Assembly: GCA_965195345.1 (NCBI GenBank)
Contig: OZ239628.1
Coordinates: 1,152,001-1,216,000 of the forward strand
Reading direction: 5' to 3'
DNA from: an uncultured Thiomicrospira sp.
GTDB taxonomy: Bacteria; Pseudomonadota; Gammaproteobacteria; CAKMZV01
Length of the DNA stretch: 64,000 nt
Shown here one piece after another: positions 15,677-26,272 of the stretch. How positions within the stretch are numbered: the stretch's first letter is position 1; each line of letters starts with the position of its first letter. The notes below the pieces were generated by a model. That model had not been told where the DNA came from. It did not search any database and worked only from the letters and a program-made list of their open reading frames with translations. The position numbers and the translations under genes are program-made.

Positions 15677-15909
15677 CGGGGTTGATTGTTAGGATTAATC
15701 ATTTAGCACACTGGATTTATTAATAGATACGTTTTGGTGAAGAACGAATGAGTGATTTGAAAAAATAACATCTTCATTGTCCGAATGGACATTTGCGAAA
15801 ACAAAAGCGGTTGTGAAGATAATGCTTTTCATAGTGATTGAATAGCTATTTTACCTCTTTTTATTGGTTGAAGTGCTGGTTAAAGCAAGGATGCGTTGTA
15901 TTTTGAAAA

Positions 15910-16317
15910 TTAAGAATGCAGCCATGCATTTAGAATAATGGAGGCTGCGATGTCATCAAGTTCTGTATCGTTGCGTGTAACTTTGTTTTCTCTGCACCAG
16001 TTTTTTGCAAGTTTTGTGGTGAAACATTCGTTGATAGTGTGTATTGGTGCGTTTGAAAATAATTTGAGTTGCTCGATAAAACGTTCTATGTATTTCATCG
16101 ATGACATTTTTTGACCTTTAACATCAAGAGGATAGCCAACGACCAGTGCTTTTGGATTGTAATCCTTTATTAATTTTTGCAGTGCATTATGTAACTGATT
16201 ATCGTTAGCTACAATGCTTAAAGGTGTGGCTGTTTTGGTTATGTTTTGAGCGATGGCAATTCCTATACGTTTGGACCCGACATCAAATGCAAGCACATTG
16301 CCATTAAAATCAGGCAA
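15910..16317 (-). CDS. ruvX: YqgF/RuvX family nuclease
   Basis: LAFDVGSKRIGIA, VVGYP, NECFTT, DDIAASIIL. Probable TTG start overlapping the yqgE stop. Confidence 0.9.
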   Translation of the reverse strand: MPDFNGNVLAFDVGSKRIGIAIAQNITKTATPLSIVANDNQLHNALQKLIKDYNPKALVVGYPLDVKGQKMSSMKYIERFIEQLKLFSNAPIHTINECFTTKLAKNWCRENKVTRNDTELDDIAASIILNAWLHS

Positions 16318-16918
16318 TTCCGTGTTCTCTGCTAAGGGCTGACATGTCAATACCTAATTGTTCTGCTGCTACGCTCCAGCGCTGATCGCAAGGCACATCA
16401 AAAATGAGTTCTTTGAAAGCAGGCATTACCCACCAGCAACTTTCTTTTATTTCTTCATCTAATTGATTCGCTCCCCAACCGCTATAGCCTAATGCAACCA
16501 TATATCTTTCCCAGCAGTCGCCTTTAAAGATTTTCTCGAGCAGATCATTTGAGGTAGTTAGTGCTAAACCAGATTCTTCAATGTTAATGGTTGATGCCCA
16601 ACGGCTACCCCCTTCATGCAAAATAAACCCTCTGTCAACTTGAACGGGTCCGCCTTGGTAAACGCATTCATTAGACAATCTGTCCAGTTTTTCGGTAAAT
16701 TCGACGCTTTTGTCTAATTGCTCTTCTTCAACTAAAAACAATTCGTTAAGACTGACTTCTTTGAGCGCATGATTTATGATAATACCTAGTGCGCCCTCTT
16801 CGTTGTGATCAACAACATAAACGATTTTTCGCTCAAAAAAACTCCCATCTAAATTTGGCATAGCAAGCAAGAAGCTATTGCTAAAATTTATAGTGTCAAA
16901 AGGCGGTTTTATTGTCAT
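16310..16918 (-). CDS. yqgE: YqgE/AlgH family protein
   Basis: FLLAMPNL, HNEEGALGIIIN, GGPVQVDRGFILH, LGYSGWGANQL. Confidence 0.93.
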   Translation of the reverse strand: MTIKPPFDTINFSNSFLLAMPNLDGSFFERKIVYVVDHNEEGALGIIINHALKEVSLNELFLVEEEQLDKSVEFTEKLDRLSNECVYQGGPVQVDRGFILHEGGSRWASTINIEESGLALTTSNDLLEKIFKGDCWERYMVALGYSGWGANQLDEEIKESCWWVMPAFKELIFDVPCDQRWSVAAEQLGIDMSALSREHGIA

Positions 16919-16956
16919 AATGATAGTATTCTAACATTCTAAAAAATAATTTAAAA

Positions 16957-17931
16957 ATGAAAAGAAATGTTTCGTATATACTTTTTTTACTGCTTTCTTT
17001 GAGTTTTTCACATCTTCTTTTTGCAGAAAGTTCGTTAACTCTCTCTTCTAATGCACGTGAAAAGATGGACACTGCGCTCTTTTCAGAACCTGTTGAGGTT
17101 ATCTCGGGAATATGGGTGGCCGTTGGCGCAACTGCTCCGCCCTCTTATGAGAATGGTGGTCATAACAATAATTTATCTTTTATTCTTACTAAAGAAGGCG
17201 TTGTTGTTGTCAATGCAGGAAATAGTTATTTGCTTTCTGCAGCTTTGCATGATCGAATCAAAAAAATCACGCAACAGCCCGTTAAATATGTGGTCTTAGA
17301 AAATGGACAAGGACATGCCATGATGGGTATGAATTACTGGCAAGAGTTGGGAGTAAAAATTATTGCGCATGAAGATACCTTCACTGAAATAGAAGAGCAT
17401 GGGCACGACATTGAAGATCGATCGAAGACGTTTTTGCGGGATAAATTTCACAAAACCAAACTTAGTAAACCTGATATTTCTTTTGAAGATAAATACGTTA
17501 TTGATTTGGGCGATGAGCGTATCGAGTTGTTAAACCTTGGTCCAGCACACAGTCCAGGTGACACGATGGTTTGGTTGCCAAAACGTTCACTTATAATTAC
17601 AGGTGATATGGCTTTCCACGAACGATTGTTGCCTATTTTTGAACATACGGATACAGCGGGATGGCTTGACACATGGGAAAAATTTGCCGACTTAAAGGCG
17701 CAACATGTAATACCCGGACATGGCAGTCCAACCAATATGGCAGAAGTGACCAAGTACACGAAGAATTACTTGGAGTATTTGCGGGACAAAATAGGCGTGT
17801 TAATCGAGGACGGGGGAGATTTGACGGATGCCTATGAAATAGACCAAAGCCCTTATAAGCATCTTGATACGTTTAAGGAATTGGCAAAAAGAAATGCTGG
17901 TCGGGTTTTTCAAGAAATGGAATTTGAATAA
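16957..17931 (+). CDS. Secreted MBL-fold metallo-hydrolase, SoxH-like
   Basis: Signal peptide; ENGGHNNNLSF, ENGQGHAMMG, AHSPGD, TGD, IPGHG. Confidence 0.8.
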   Translation: MKRNVSYILFLLLSLSFSHLLFAESSLTLSSNAREKMDTALFSEPVEVISGIWVAVGATAPPSYENGGHNNNLSFILTKEGVVVVNAGNSYLLSAALHDRIKKITQQPVKYVVLENGQGHAMMGMNYWQELGVKIIAHEDTFTEIEEHGHDIEDRSKTFLRDKFHKTKLSKPDISFEDKYVIDLGDERIELLNLGPAHSPGDTMVWLPKRSLIITGDMAFHERLLPIFEHTDTAGWLDTWEKFADLKAQHVIPGHGSPTNMAEVTKYTKNYLEYLRDKIGVLIEDGGDLTDAYEIDQSPYKHLDTFKELAKRNAGRVFQEMEFE

Positions 17932-18098
17932 ACTGCGATATTTGTATTACACTTTCGAGTGCAACCTGAAAAGTTCAGTTGAATCAAAGCCTTGATTGAG
18001 CGCGCGTCTATTCATAAACCCACACTTTATAGAATAAGTTCTCGTAGTTCTATTTATAACGGACGTATTGTCTTTTCTGTGCATGATATATTTTTGGG

Positions 18099-19160
18099 AT
18101 GTATTCATGCGAACAACTTTTTTTCTTACAGTGGTCACTGACTAAAAACTTAGGCAACCATTTATTTAGACAGTTCATTGATGCTGGTTTCTCTTTTGAC
18201 GAAAAAGGAATCAAAGCATTTATTGGTGAAAATAATAAAATCTCAACTGAATGGCGCAATGCCTCTCGAAAGAAGATGGAAGTGGCAGATTTCGTTTTGG
18301 CAGAAAAATACCACATCGTTGCCTATTGCGATGACCATTACCCTAGTCTACTCAAGGAAATACCTGATCCACCACCTATTCTCTATGTCAGGGGAGATAC
18401 ACATGCGTTAAAAAAACAAGCTATTGCAGTCGTTGGCACGAGAACACCTACTCCTATTGGACAAAAAAGTACGCGTTCTCTTGTTAATGATCTTGTCCAA
18501 TTGGATTTTGTAGTTTGTAGTGGGTTGGCTTTGGGAATAGACGGCTGTGCGCATCAATCAACGCTGGATTGTGAAGGAATTACTATAGCAGTGTTGGGCA
18601 CTGGTATAGATAAGATATACCCTAAAAGGCATTTGGAATTGGCAGAAAGGATTGTAGAAAAAGGTGGCATACTGATCAGTGAAATGCCTTTTGGAAGCCC
18701 TCCTTTACCGAGAAACTTCCCACCAAGAAATCGCATAATCAGTGGAATATGCTCTGTTACTATCGTGGTTGAGGCTGCAATGAAAAGTGGTTCATTACTC
18801 ACTGCTCGGCAAGCGATTGAACAAGGCAGAGAGGTTTTTGCTTTCCCAGGTAGTATTCACTCAGAAGTGTCCAGAGGATGCCATTGGCTTATACAGCAAG
18901 GCGCAAATTTATTCATGAGTGTTGATGACATTGTCGAGCAAGGCGGTTGTATCCTTGCGTCCCAAAACCTCCCATCTTCTTTGGATGAAGAGTGTAATGA
19001 CAAGTTGTTGAAGCATATGGGATTTGATGTGTGGCATATAGACGATCTTGTTGAAAGCATTGAGATGGATTTATACAAATTACAGAGTGTTCTTATTGCG
19101 CATGAGATGAAAGGCAATGTTAAATCGATATATGGTATCAAATGGCAACGAATCATTTAG
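18099..19160 (+). CDS. dprA: DNA-processing protein DprA
   Basis: IAVVGTR, SGLALGIDGCAH, FPPRNRIISG, SGSLLTA, GREVFAFPG. Confidence 0.95.
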   Translation: MYSCEQLFFLQWSLTKNLGNHLFRQFIDAGFSFDEKGIKAFIGENNKISTEWRNASRKKMEVADFVLAEKYHIVAYCDDHYPSLLKEIPDPPPILYVRGDTHALKKQAIAVVGTRTPTPIGQKSTRSLVNDLVQLDFVVCSGLALGIDGCAHQSTLDCEGITIAVLGTGIDKIYPKRHLELAERIVEKGGILISEMPFGSPPLPRNFPPRNRIISGICSVTIVVEAAMKSGSLLTARQAIEQGREVFAFPGSIHSEVSRGCHWLIQQGANLFMSVDDIVEQGGCILASQNLPSSLDEECNDKLLKHMGFDVWHIDDLVESIEMDLYKLQSVLIAHEMKGNVKSIYGIKWQRII

Positions 19161-20617
19161 CTATCATTTCATTGTGTAGCACACTTTGTCTGTTTATGAA
19201 CGGGTGTGCTAACCTCCCAGAAGAGTATGAAGAACTTAATGAGCAATCATTTGATCTTTCTTTACCGAAGAAGAAGATAAACAATGTAAGTTATGTAAAC
19301 AGCAATAATCCGCTTTTAAAAGAAACACAAAAAGCGAATAAAAAAAGAGTTGAATTTAGAGATACTGCTTTTTGGCAGAGAGAAGCGTCGGTTCATTTTG
19401 AAGATTTACCTTTGAGTATTGCTTTAAAAGGATTGAGTGAGTCATTTGAATTTGATTTTTCTATCGATTTTGCAATTCATGAGAAAATTAATTTCCAAGG
19501 GAATAACATACCATTAGCACATATTATTGCCAGCCTTGAAAGGCAAAGCGGCGTGCAAGTCAAGTGGTATTCTAAAAAAGTCCTATTTCAAAAAAACGTT
19601 GCATCTTGGCGCGCTCACGATGTTCCGTATCTCAATATACGGCGCAAAAGTATTTCCAGACTAGCACTTAAACAAAGCATAAATCAAGACGGCTCAAATT
19701 CAGGTGATATTACGCAAATTGATAATGCTGTTGAAAATAGTTTTTGGGGGAATTTAAAGAATAATTTAGAGTTTTTCTTGGAAGAAAATGATCGATTGGT
19801 TGTGAACCATGAAGCTGGAGTTATTAGTGTTCATGCCACGCAAAGCACACAAGAAATAATCGATAAGTATTTGAATAAAGTGATGAAATCACATAGTCGT
19901 CAAGTTATTATTGAGGTTTCTATTTTAGAGGTTGAGTTAAATAACGAATATCAACAGGGTATTGATTGGTCGGTTATAAGTGGCAATAATTCAGTCTCTC
20001 AATCGCTATTAGGAGCTGCACTAGTACAATCCCCAAATGGACAAATATTGACTTCATTGGTTTCCGATGATTTGACTGCCAATGTAAATATTCGTTTGTT
20101 AGAGCAGTTTGGCAGCACAAAAGTACTATCATCGCCGCGTCTGCAAGTGCTAAATAACCAAACAGCGTTGCTTAAAGTGGTAGATAACCTTGTTTACTTC
20201 ACTGTTGATTCAGCCACTTCCATTAATCAGAACGGTTCTGTTACAAATTTTGATACAGAAATCAATAGTGTAGCGGTTGGTTTGATTCTCGCGTTAACGC
20301 CATTTATAAATAATCAAGATGAAATATTGCTTAACCTCCGCCCTACTATTTCTCGAATAGCTGGCACTGTTCGTGATCCGCATCCTGTATTGGCACAGCA
20401 AGGGGTTATTTCTGAAGTTCCTATAATTCAAAAGCGTGAATTGGAATCAATTTTAAAAGTACGTTCTGGCTCTACAGCGGTTATTGGCGGGCTTATTCAG
20501 CAACGCGCTGTGCACAGCAATAGCAGCTTGCCAAATTTAAGTGGGCTGGGGCTTGATGGAAGCAGCAAAAGAAATTCTGAATTGGTTCTGTTGATTAAAC
20601 CAAAGATTATTCAATGA
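19142..20617 (+). CDS. Lipoprotein secretin (MshL/GspD/PilQ family)
   Basis: Lipobox-like MNGC; QVIIEVSILEVEL, GIDW, VLSSPRLQVLNNQTA, IGGLI, SELVLLIKP. Confidence 0.9.
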   Translation: MATNHLAIISLCSTLCLFMNGCANLPEEYEELNEQSFDLSLPKKKINNVSYVNSNNPLLKETQKANKKRVEFRDTAFWQREASVHFEDLPLSIALKGLSESFEFDFSIDFAIHEKINFQGNNIPLAHIIASLERQSGVQVKWYSKKVLFQKNVASWRAHDVPYLNIRRKSISRLALKQSINQDGSNSGDITQIDNAVENSFWGNLKNNLEFFLEENDRLVVNHEAGVISVHATQSTQEIIDKYLNKVMKSHSRQVIIEVSILEVELNNEYQQGIDWSVISGNNSVSQSLLGAALVQSPNGQILTSLVSDDLTANVNIRLLEQFGSTKVLSSPRLQVLNNQTALLKVVDNLVYFTVDSATSINQNGSVTNFDTEINSVAVGLILALTPFINNQDEILLNLRPTISRIAGTVRDPHPVLAQQGVISEVPIIQKRELESILKVRSGSTAVIGGLIQQRAVHSNSSLPNLSGLGLDGSSKRNSELVLLIKPKIIQ

Positions 20618-20811
20618 ATTTTAACTTGCTAAAGAACGTTAAAAATAAGGACTGGATAACCCCAAGGAGTAACCTGTTACCGTTTGCGCAAGCGCGAAGC
20701 CAAGCGAAGAAAAAATGGCTATTGCATAGCATGCTTTATGTGGTGTGCATGATGCTGATTATGATTTTAAGTGGTTTCTTATATTCTCAAAACATGATAT
20801 TTTTCTTATGA
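20614..20811 (+). CDS. Short PilN-like N-terminal peptide
   Basis: NLLPF + basic stretch + TM, similar to PilN INLLPW; ATGA overlaps at both ends. Confidence 0.5.
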   Translation: MNFNLLKNVKNKDWITPRSNLLPFAQARSQAKKKWLLHSMLYVVCMMLIMILSGFLYSQNMIFFL

Positions 20812-22349
20812 ATAAAGAAGCAGATAAACATTATTTGAGTACCCTTTTACGTGAGAAAGTAATAGATGAAGAGAATTTTCGTTTAGCGACTTATGAGCAT
20901 AATCTAACAGGAGACTCTGGAGTTAAATTTTTATTGCTTGAAGGTTACCTTGATACAGAATGTTGGTTTGACTTTTGCTTTGAACATTGGAATTTGAATA
21001 AATATAATCCAGAAAAACAGAGTATTGATAATGACTTCACTAAACAATTTGAATTTCACGAATTGTCAAAATTAGATTTTCTACCTATTTCTTATAAAGA
21101 CAATGAATGCATAGTTCTTACGCCCTATCCGTGGTTGAATGAACACGTTCATTACCTACGCGAGCGTCTAAATTTTAACGTTCAAATATGCACCTTGCTT
21201 ACAAGCTATACTAAATTTATATCGTTGCAAAGGCGTTTTACTGAACAGTTGGGGAATTTAACCGACTTAGTGGATGATATTTCTGTTCATCCTCAGTGTT
21301 TACGCGAACAATACTCAAAAATGGATCATCCTGTGGTTCGCTTAGTCACAGCAATTATTGAGGATGCATTAGAAAATAATGCTTCAGATGTTCATTTTGA
21401 TCCTTGTGGATATGAAACTACAGTACGTTATAGGATAGATGGCGTTTTGCGTCATAGAATTTGCATACACTCGCATCTTTGGCAAGCGGTAAGTATTCGT
21501 TTTAAAGTTTTAGCAAATATCGATATTACAGAAAAGCGTTTCCCCCAAGAAGGCAGTTTTGTTGCTGCTCTTACACAACAGGTGGATATTCGCTTGTCGG
21601 TCGTTCCGGGAATGAACGGTGAACACTTCGTACTGCGGTTTCTACGTAAAGAGACGTGCGATATTCTGGATAACTCAGGAATTGGTAGCAAGCAAATAGC
21701 AATGCTTTCCAATATTATTTCCCAACCATATGGGATGATTATCGTTGCAGGACCAACAGGCAGTGGTAAGAGTACTACGCTTTACGGTATGTTGCAACGA
21801 CTCGATAATCAAAAACTTAACGTTATTACTCTCGAAGACCCTGTTGAACAAAGGCTCGTTAATGTTCGTCAAATTCAAATAAATGAAGACAGTGGGCTTG
21901 GCTTCCATAAAGTGCTCAAAAGTGTACTTAGGCAAGATCCAGATGTCATATTGATTGGAGAAATGCGTGATGAACAGACGGCTAACCTTGGAGTAAAAGC
22001 GAGCATGACAGGGCATTTAGTATTGACGACGGTTCATGCCGATGACACTTTGGGTATCTATACGCGTATGCAGGATTTGAATGTGAGAAAGCAATTGTTG
22101 GAAAAACAGTTGAAAGGTTTAATTGCACAAAGACTTTTGAGACGTCTATGCTCGCATTGTAAAGGTGCATCTTGTCCTCGTTGCTCTGGCACTGGTTACG
22201 ATGGGCGTTTCGCCATTATGGAAATCATTGATTTTTCTCAATCAAGTGCGCCACAGAAACATCTAAATGAAATCGCTTTGGAGAGTGTTAGCAAGGGTTT
22301 GACTGATTTAAAAGAAGTAGAAAGAGTTCTAGGCAATGTTTCGCTCTAA
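20808..22349 (+). CDS. GspE/PilB-family assembly ATPase
   Basis: ASDVHFDP, GPTGSGKSTT, LEDPVE, LRQDPDVILIGEMRD, TGHLVLTTVH, two CxxC. Start from the ATGA overlap. Confidence 0.93.
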   Translation: MNKEADKHYLSTLLREKVIDEENFRLATYEHNLTGDSGVKFLLLEGYLDTECWFDFCFEHWNLNKYNPEKQSIDNDFTKQFEFHELSKLDFLPISYKDNECIVLTPYPWLNEHVHYLRERLNFNVQICTLLTSYTKFISLQRRFTEQLGNLTDLVDDISVHPQCLREQYSKMDHPVVRLVTAIIEDALENNASDVHFDPCGYETTVRYRIDGVLRHRICIHSHLWQAVSIRFKVLANIDITEKRFPQEGSFVAALTQQVDIRLSVVPGMNGEHFVLRFLRKETCDILDNSGIGSKQIAMLSNIISQPYGMIIVAGPTGSGKSTTLYGMLQRLDNQKLNVITLEDPVEQRLVNVRQIQINEDSGLGFHKVLKSVLRQDPDVILIGEMRDEQTANLGVKASMTGHLVLTTVHADDTLGIYTRMQDLNVRKQLLEKQLKGLIAQRLLRRLCSHCKGASCPRCSGTGYDGRFAIMEIIDFSQSSAPQKHLNEIALESVSKGLTDLKEVERVLGNVSL

Positions 22350-23346
22350 ATTTAATAAAAAAATGTTTGAACAGTATTTTTGCCAGCAAATGGGAATGCT
22401 GCTTCAAAGTGGCTTGAAACCTGTTGTAGCATTACGTGAATTAGCTTTACAGAATAACCCTATTACATGGCAGGAAAAGATAGAAAAAGTCAATGATCTT
22501 GTGTTTTCAGGTAATACATTTAGTCAGTCGATGAGCGCAATTGATAGCTTTGATGATAATTTATTGAGTTTAATAGAAAACTCAGAGTCAACAAGCTCTG
22601 TAAAGGAAAGTTTTCAGATGTGGACTCAATGGTTAGAATGGCAGAATGCTTGGAAAAAGCGGTTAATTGATAAATTACGTTATCCAATTATCGTACTACT
22701 CGTTGTTTTAACAGCACTTCTTATAGCAATATGGTTCATATTACCCAACTTAAGGTTATTTGAAGCAAGCGGTGGAGAGTTGCCAATAGTTAGCCGTTGG
22801 ATGTTAATTATTTTTGACTATCCTGTGGTATTTATAAGCAGTGTGTTGTTCATGCTTGCTTTTCTTTATTCAGTGCGCAATCGATTAAAGAAAACAATTG
22901 CACTATTACTAAATCGCAATTCTTTTATAAACGCCACGGTTCAAGAGTTTGAGGCGATGCGCTTTTTCCACGTCTTGCAACTTCTACATTGTGCCAATTT
23001 AGCTTTAGAACGACAATTACAAATTGGCTGCAAAATAATACGTGTATCCGCATTTAAAAAGGAATGGATAGAAATTCATCAACGGTTACTAAACGGAGAG
23101 CCTTTCTCTTTGGTTCTGTCAAACTATCCGCATTGGCCTAATGTTATTGGTCATTTAATAGCGAATTGTCGTCATTTAAAAGACTTTGAGAAAGCGTGGG
23201 AGCAGTTGGCGCACTATTTCGAAGAACGTGTAAACACTAAAGTAAATAAGATTGAGCCAGTGATTGAGCCCGTATTGACATCCATAACAGGTCTTATTGT
23301 AGTAGGGTTTGTCATGTTGTTTCTTTTACCTATGTATGCAGGATAG
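22336..23346 (+). CDS. GspF/PilC-family platform protein
   Basis: LLQSG..AL, LRYPIIV, IEPVL...LLPMY. Confidence 0.88.
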   Translation: MFRSKFNKKMFEQYFCQQMGMLLQSGLKPVVALRELALQNNPITWQEKIEKVNDLVFSGNTFSQSMSAIDSFDDNLLSLIENSESTSSVKESFQMWTQWLEWQNAWKKRLIDKLRYPIIVLLVVLTALLIAIWFILPNLRLFEASGGELPIVSRWMLIIFDYPVVFISSVLFMLAFLYSVRNRLKKTIALLLNRNSFINATVQEFEAMRFFHVLQLLHCANLALERQLQIGCKIIRVSAFKKEWIEIHQRLLNGEPFSLVLSNYPHWPNVIGHLIANCRHLKDFEKAWEQLAHYFEERVNTKVNKIEPVIEPVLTSITGLIVVGFVMLFLLPMYAG

Positions 23347-23348
23347 GT

Positions 23349-24185
23349 ATGAGTTTTTGCAAATTATTAGCAAGAGAACAAGTGGTTATAGCAAATAACT
23401 TCTATGTTTTTAAACGTGGGCAATTTATACAAAGTGCAAAATTACCAACGGGAAGGTTGAGCATTCAAGTAAGTCTAGCGCATTTTAATATGTCTGATGG
23501 GCAAATTATTTTTGAAAAAAAATACGATGCATTGCTGAAAAACTTGAAAAATGCTGTTATTTACCCGGGTGTGTCAGCTCCTTATATTGATGGGCATAGT
23601 GCATGTATTCTTGAAGGTAAGCATGCACACATAATTCAGTGCAATGATGGGGTAGTAATAAATTCCCACCCTATTGCTTTGGAGAAAGAAAGTCAGTTGC
23701 CGTGGAAACTTCCAGAAGAAAGGCAAATAGCAAATACATGGGTAGTATATAGACCGGCAATTTCGCTTTGGACATGGCTAATAGGTAGTAGTATTGCTAT
23801 TTTTTTAGGTATATATTGTCTGCAATTTCAAAAAAACAAGCAGATAGAAGGTCAAACAAGCCGAATAGTCCCGAAGGTTAGTATTGCATCGGTCAATACA
23901 GAAGAATTAGCTCAGAAGTATTTGAATGACTTGATGCATATAAGCAAAACTATCAGGAAATATCCTCAAATTAGCATTAAACGTCTTAACTGGCAACAGG
24001 AATCGTTGCACATTTCGGGCGAGTGGCTAATAAGGCAGACGAATTTTGTTGAATTTGAAAACATCTGGAAACAATTTATTGATGACGTAAGTGCCAGTTC
24101 TTCCGTACGTATTGATATAAATCCATTAATGGGTGTTTGGGAGATGGAAAAACAATTTTCTATACGCTTGAATCAGAAAGGTTAG
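23349..24185 (+). CDS. Bitopic membrane protein, possible alignment-complex component (GspL/PilN-like)
   Basis: Central TM; position within the pilus cluster. Confidence 0.5.
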   Translation: MSFCKLLAREQVVIANNFYVFKRGQFIQSAKLPTGRLSIQVSLAHFNMSDGQIIFEKKYDALLKNLKNAVIYPGVSAPYIDGHSACILEGKHAHIIQCNDGVVINSHPIALEKESQLPWKLPEERQIANTWVVYRPAISLWTWLIGSSIAIFLGIYCLQFQKNKQIEGQTSRIVPKVSIASVNTEELAQKYLNDLMHISKTIRKYPQISIKRLNWQQESLHISGEWLIRQTNFVEFENIWKQFIDDVSASSSVRIDINPLMGVWEMEKQFSIRLNQKG

Positions 24186-24186
24186 C

Positions 24187-24609
24187 ATGAATATAGCAAA
24201 GCATATATTGTTTGGAGCGTGTTGGGTTGTCGCCGTAGTTTTCACTTATAACACTTTGTTTTCGCAGGAAATAACAATAAATAGAGAAGTGACACTTGAG
24301 CAAAAGCGTTTGCAGAATGAGCCAACGAAAGGGGTGGATGTGAAAGGAGTATATTCGCCCTCAAAAGATCTTGACGGACTTTCAAAATTACTACTCCAGC
24401 GTAGTTTTAAGGCGGAAGTAAGTCACGGAGAGGGGCAAATAATTTTGCAAAGTTCAAGCGTAAATGAGCACGAATGGTTTCAATTTTGGCAAGAGGTAAG
24501 TGATTTTTCAAAAAACAGCATAACTTACTCAACGTTATATCTAAAAGAGTGTGCCCTCAACTTAAAAGGATTGGGTCAGTTGGAGGCAAAATGCACATTG
24601 CGCTACTGA
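24187..24609 (+). CDS. Membrane protein, possible PilO/GspM-like
   Basis: N-terminal TM and short coil; position. Confidence 0.45.
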   Translation: MNIAKHILFGACWVVAVVFTYNTLFSQEITINREVTLEQKRLQNEPTKGVDVKGVYSPSKDLDGLSKLLLQRSFKAEVSHGEGQIILQSSSVNEHEWFQFWQEVSDFSKNSITYSTLYLKECALNLKGLGQLEAKCTLRY

Positions 24610-24971
24610 TTGCTTTCTTTTTTCTCATTGCACCTATTGCTTCGGCTGTTGCATATGAGCAATATGTGCCAATTTTTAAAACTTCCACTCAGATGAATGA
24701 TGTTGCGGAAGCATCGTCGCATGGATTGAGTGTCACTGAAACCAAGAACAATAATCCCATAGACTTTAAAGATTTACCCGATACAACTCAGGCGGATTTT
24801 GATGTGGAGGATGTGGTGGAGACTGCATTAGATAATAAAGCTAAAGAGGAAGATAAAAATGAAGTAAATAAGATTAAAGAAAATCTCAATGTTCTTTTAA
24901 ATCAATGGATTGAAACAAGAGATTTTGTTTGGGTGTTGCAAGGGAAAAGTTGGGTTAAGAAAACAAAATGA
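24591..24971 (+). CDS. Exported hypothetical protein
   Basis: GGAGG precedes ATG 24591; signal peptide ...IASA. Confidence 0.55.
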   Translation: MHIALLIAFFFLIAPIASAVAYEQYVPIFKTSTQMNDVAEASSHGLSVTETKNNNPIDFKDLPDTTQADFDVEDVVETALDNKAKEEDKNEVNKIKENLNVLLNQWIETRDFVWVLQGKSWVKKTK

Positions 24972-26272
24972 GCGACTATACTGTAGAAAAAATAGTAGGA
25001 GTAACAAGCTCAAATACATCAAAACTCAATCTCAACGGGAACTACAAAAAATCAGTGTATAGTCAAAAGAAAGGCAGCCAGAAAGGCTTTTTATTGCCGA
25101 TGATTCCTGTTCTTGTATTACTATTTATTGCACCGCTGAGTGCTTTAACCCAAAGGATAGATTTAGATAAGGGTTATGAGCTTAGTCAAATGCTCAAAAC
25201 TTTGTTGTCGTTTTCACGAACGTTTGATTTACGCCAATCCACTTCTGGCAATGCTTTTTCTGGACTATATAGATACCTCCCCTGTCCTGGCGGGAAGTAT
25301 GCTGTACGTGATGATGCGTCCGATTGTTTTGCAAGAAGCTCAAGTAATTACTCCATTGGATCTATACCGTGGTTCACTTTGGGATTGCAAAAACCAAAGA
25401 AACTATCAAAATGCTACTGGCTGCTTGTTCCAGGGAATGTTCATCAAAATAGCTTGACCATAAACACCTTACATAACGCAGATATAGAGGAAAAAATTTA
25501 CTTTAATGGTAGCAGAGGAGTAGCTGCTGTAATAGAGAATATTGATCGTATCCGAGTAAATCAATTTGAACAGTGTAATGACGAACGTACACTGAATGCG
25601 CTTAATGAAATACTTGACTTGCCTACAGCTGTTAAAAACTCATTGGTGCTCGATGAATTGGGCGTAAACGTTCGTCTCATCACTGCTAAGCAATTATTTG
25701 TTGATATCTATACAAATAATTCTTTTAAGCGTGTGCGTGATGAGTTTGCTCAATCCATGCTAACTTGCTTAAGCCAAAGATCTAATTCTATTGCAAACGA
25801 CACTCATAACGGACTTCCTGCAGCATTCATAAATACTAATATTGCCAATGGACACAAAATATCGAATTATAGAGAGGGGTCTGAAAGTTTAGGATGGTTG
25901 CCAATCTTGGATGCTAAGGGCAACTCTAAGCGAGATGAGTTGATATACGACTGTGATTATTATAATTTAAATGTTGCTCCTCTTGATCGAGTTTCAGGCT
26001 CTACTACATCAGCGCATAGGCGTTTTTGGATGAACTGGAAAGATCATTGGTTTTGGAAGGTCTCAGTTAAGTGCGGTGTTGGTGGGAAATGTGTTGAATA
26101 CAAGGGAAAATCATATATGGCTATATTACTTTTCGCTGGTGAAAGGCTTGATTCTCAAACGCGCCCTTCTTCCGATTTATCTGATTACTTAGAAGAGCCT
26201 TTCACAGCACACGCCAATTCTAATGACGTGGCTTATTGTCTTGATATTCAACACGATATTGTTATATGTTAA
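24968..26272 (+). CDS. Large pilin-like protein (PilX/GspK-type, no E5)
   Basis: QKG|FLLPMIPVLVLL prepilin-like site; YLPCP...GSIPWFTLGL motif. Confidence 0.65.
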   Translation: MSDYTVEKIVGVTSSNTSKLNLNGNYKKSVYSQKKGSQKGFLLPMIPVLVLLFIAPLSALTQRIDLDKGYELSQMLKTLLSFSRTFDLRQSTSGNAFSGLYRYLPCPGGKYAVRDDASDCFARSSSNYSIGSIPWFTLGLQKPKKLSKCYWLLVPGNVHQNSLTINTLHNADIEEKIYFNGSRGVAAVIENIDRIRVNQFEQCNDERTLNALNEILDLPTAVKNSLVLDELGVNVRLITAKQLFVDIYTNNSFKRVRDEFAQSMLTCLSQRSNSIANDTHNGLPAAFINTNIANGHKISNYREGSESLGWLPILDAKGNSKRDELIYDCDYYNLNVAPLDRVSGSTTSAHRRFWMNWKDHWFWKVSVKCGVGGKCVEYKGKSYMAILLFAGERLDSQTRPSSDLSDYLEEPFTAHANSNDVAYCLDIQHDIVIC

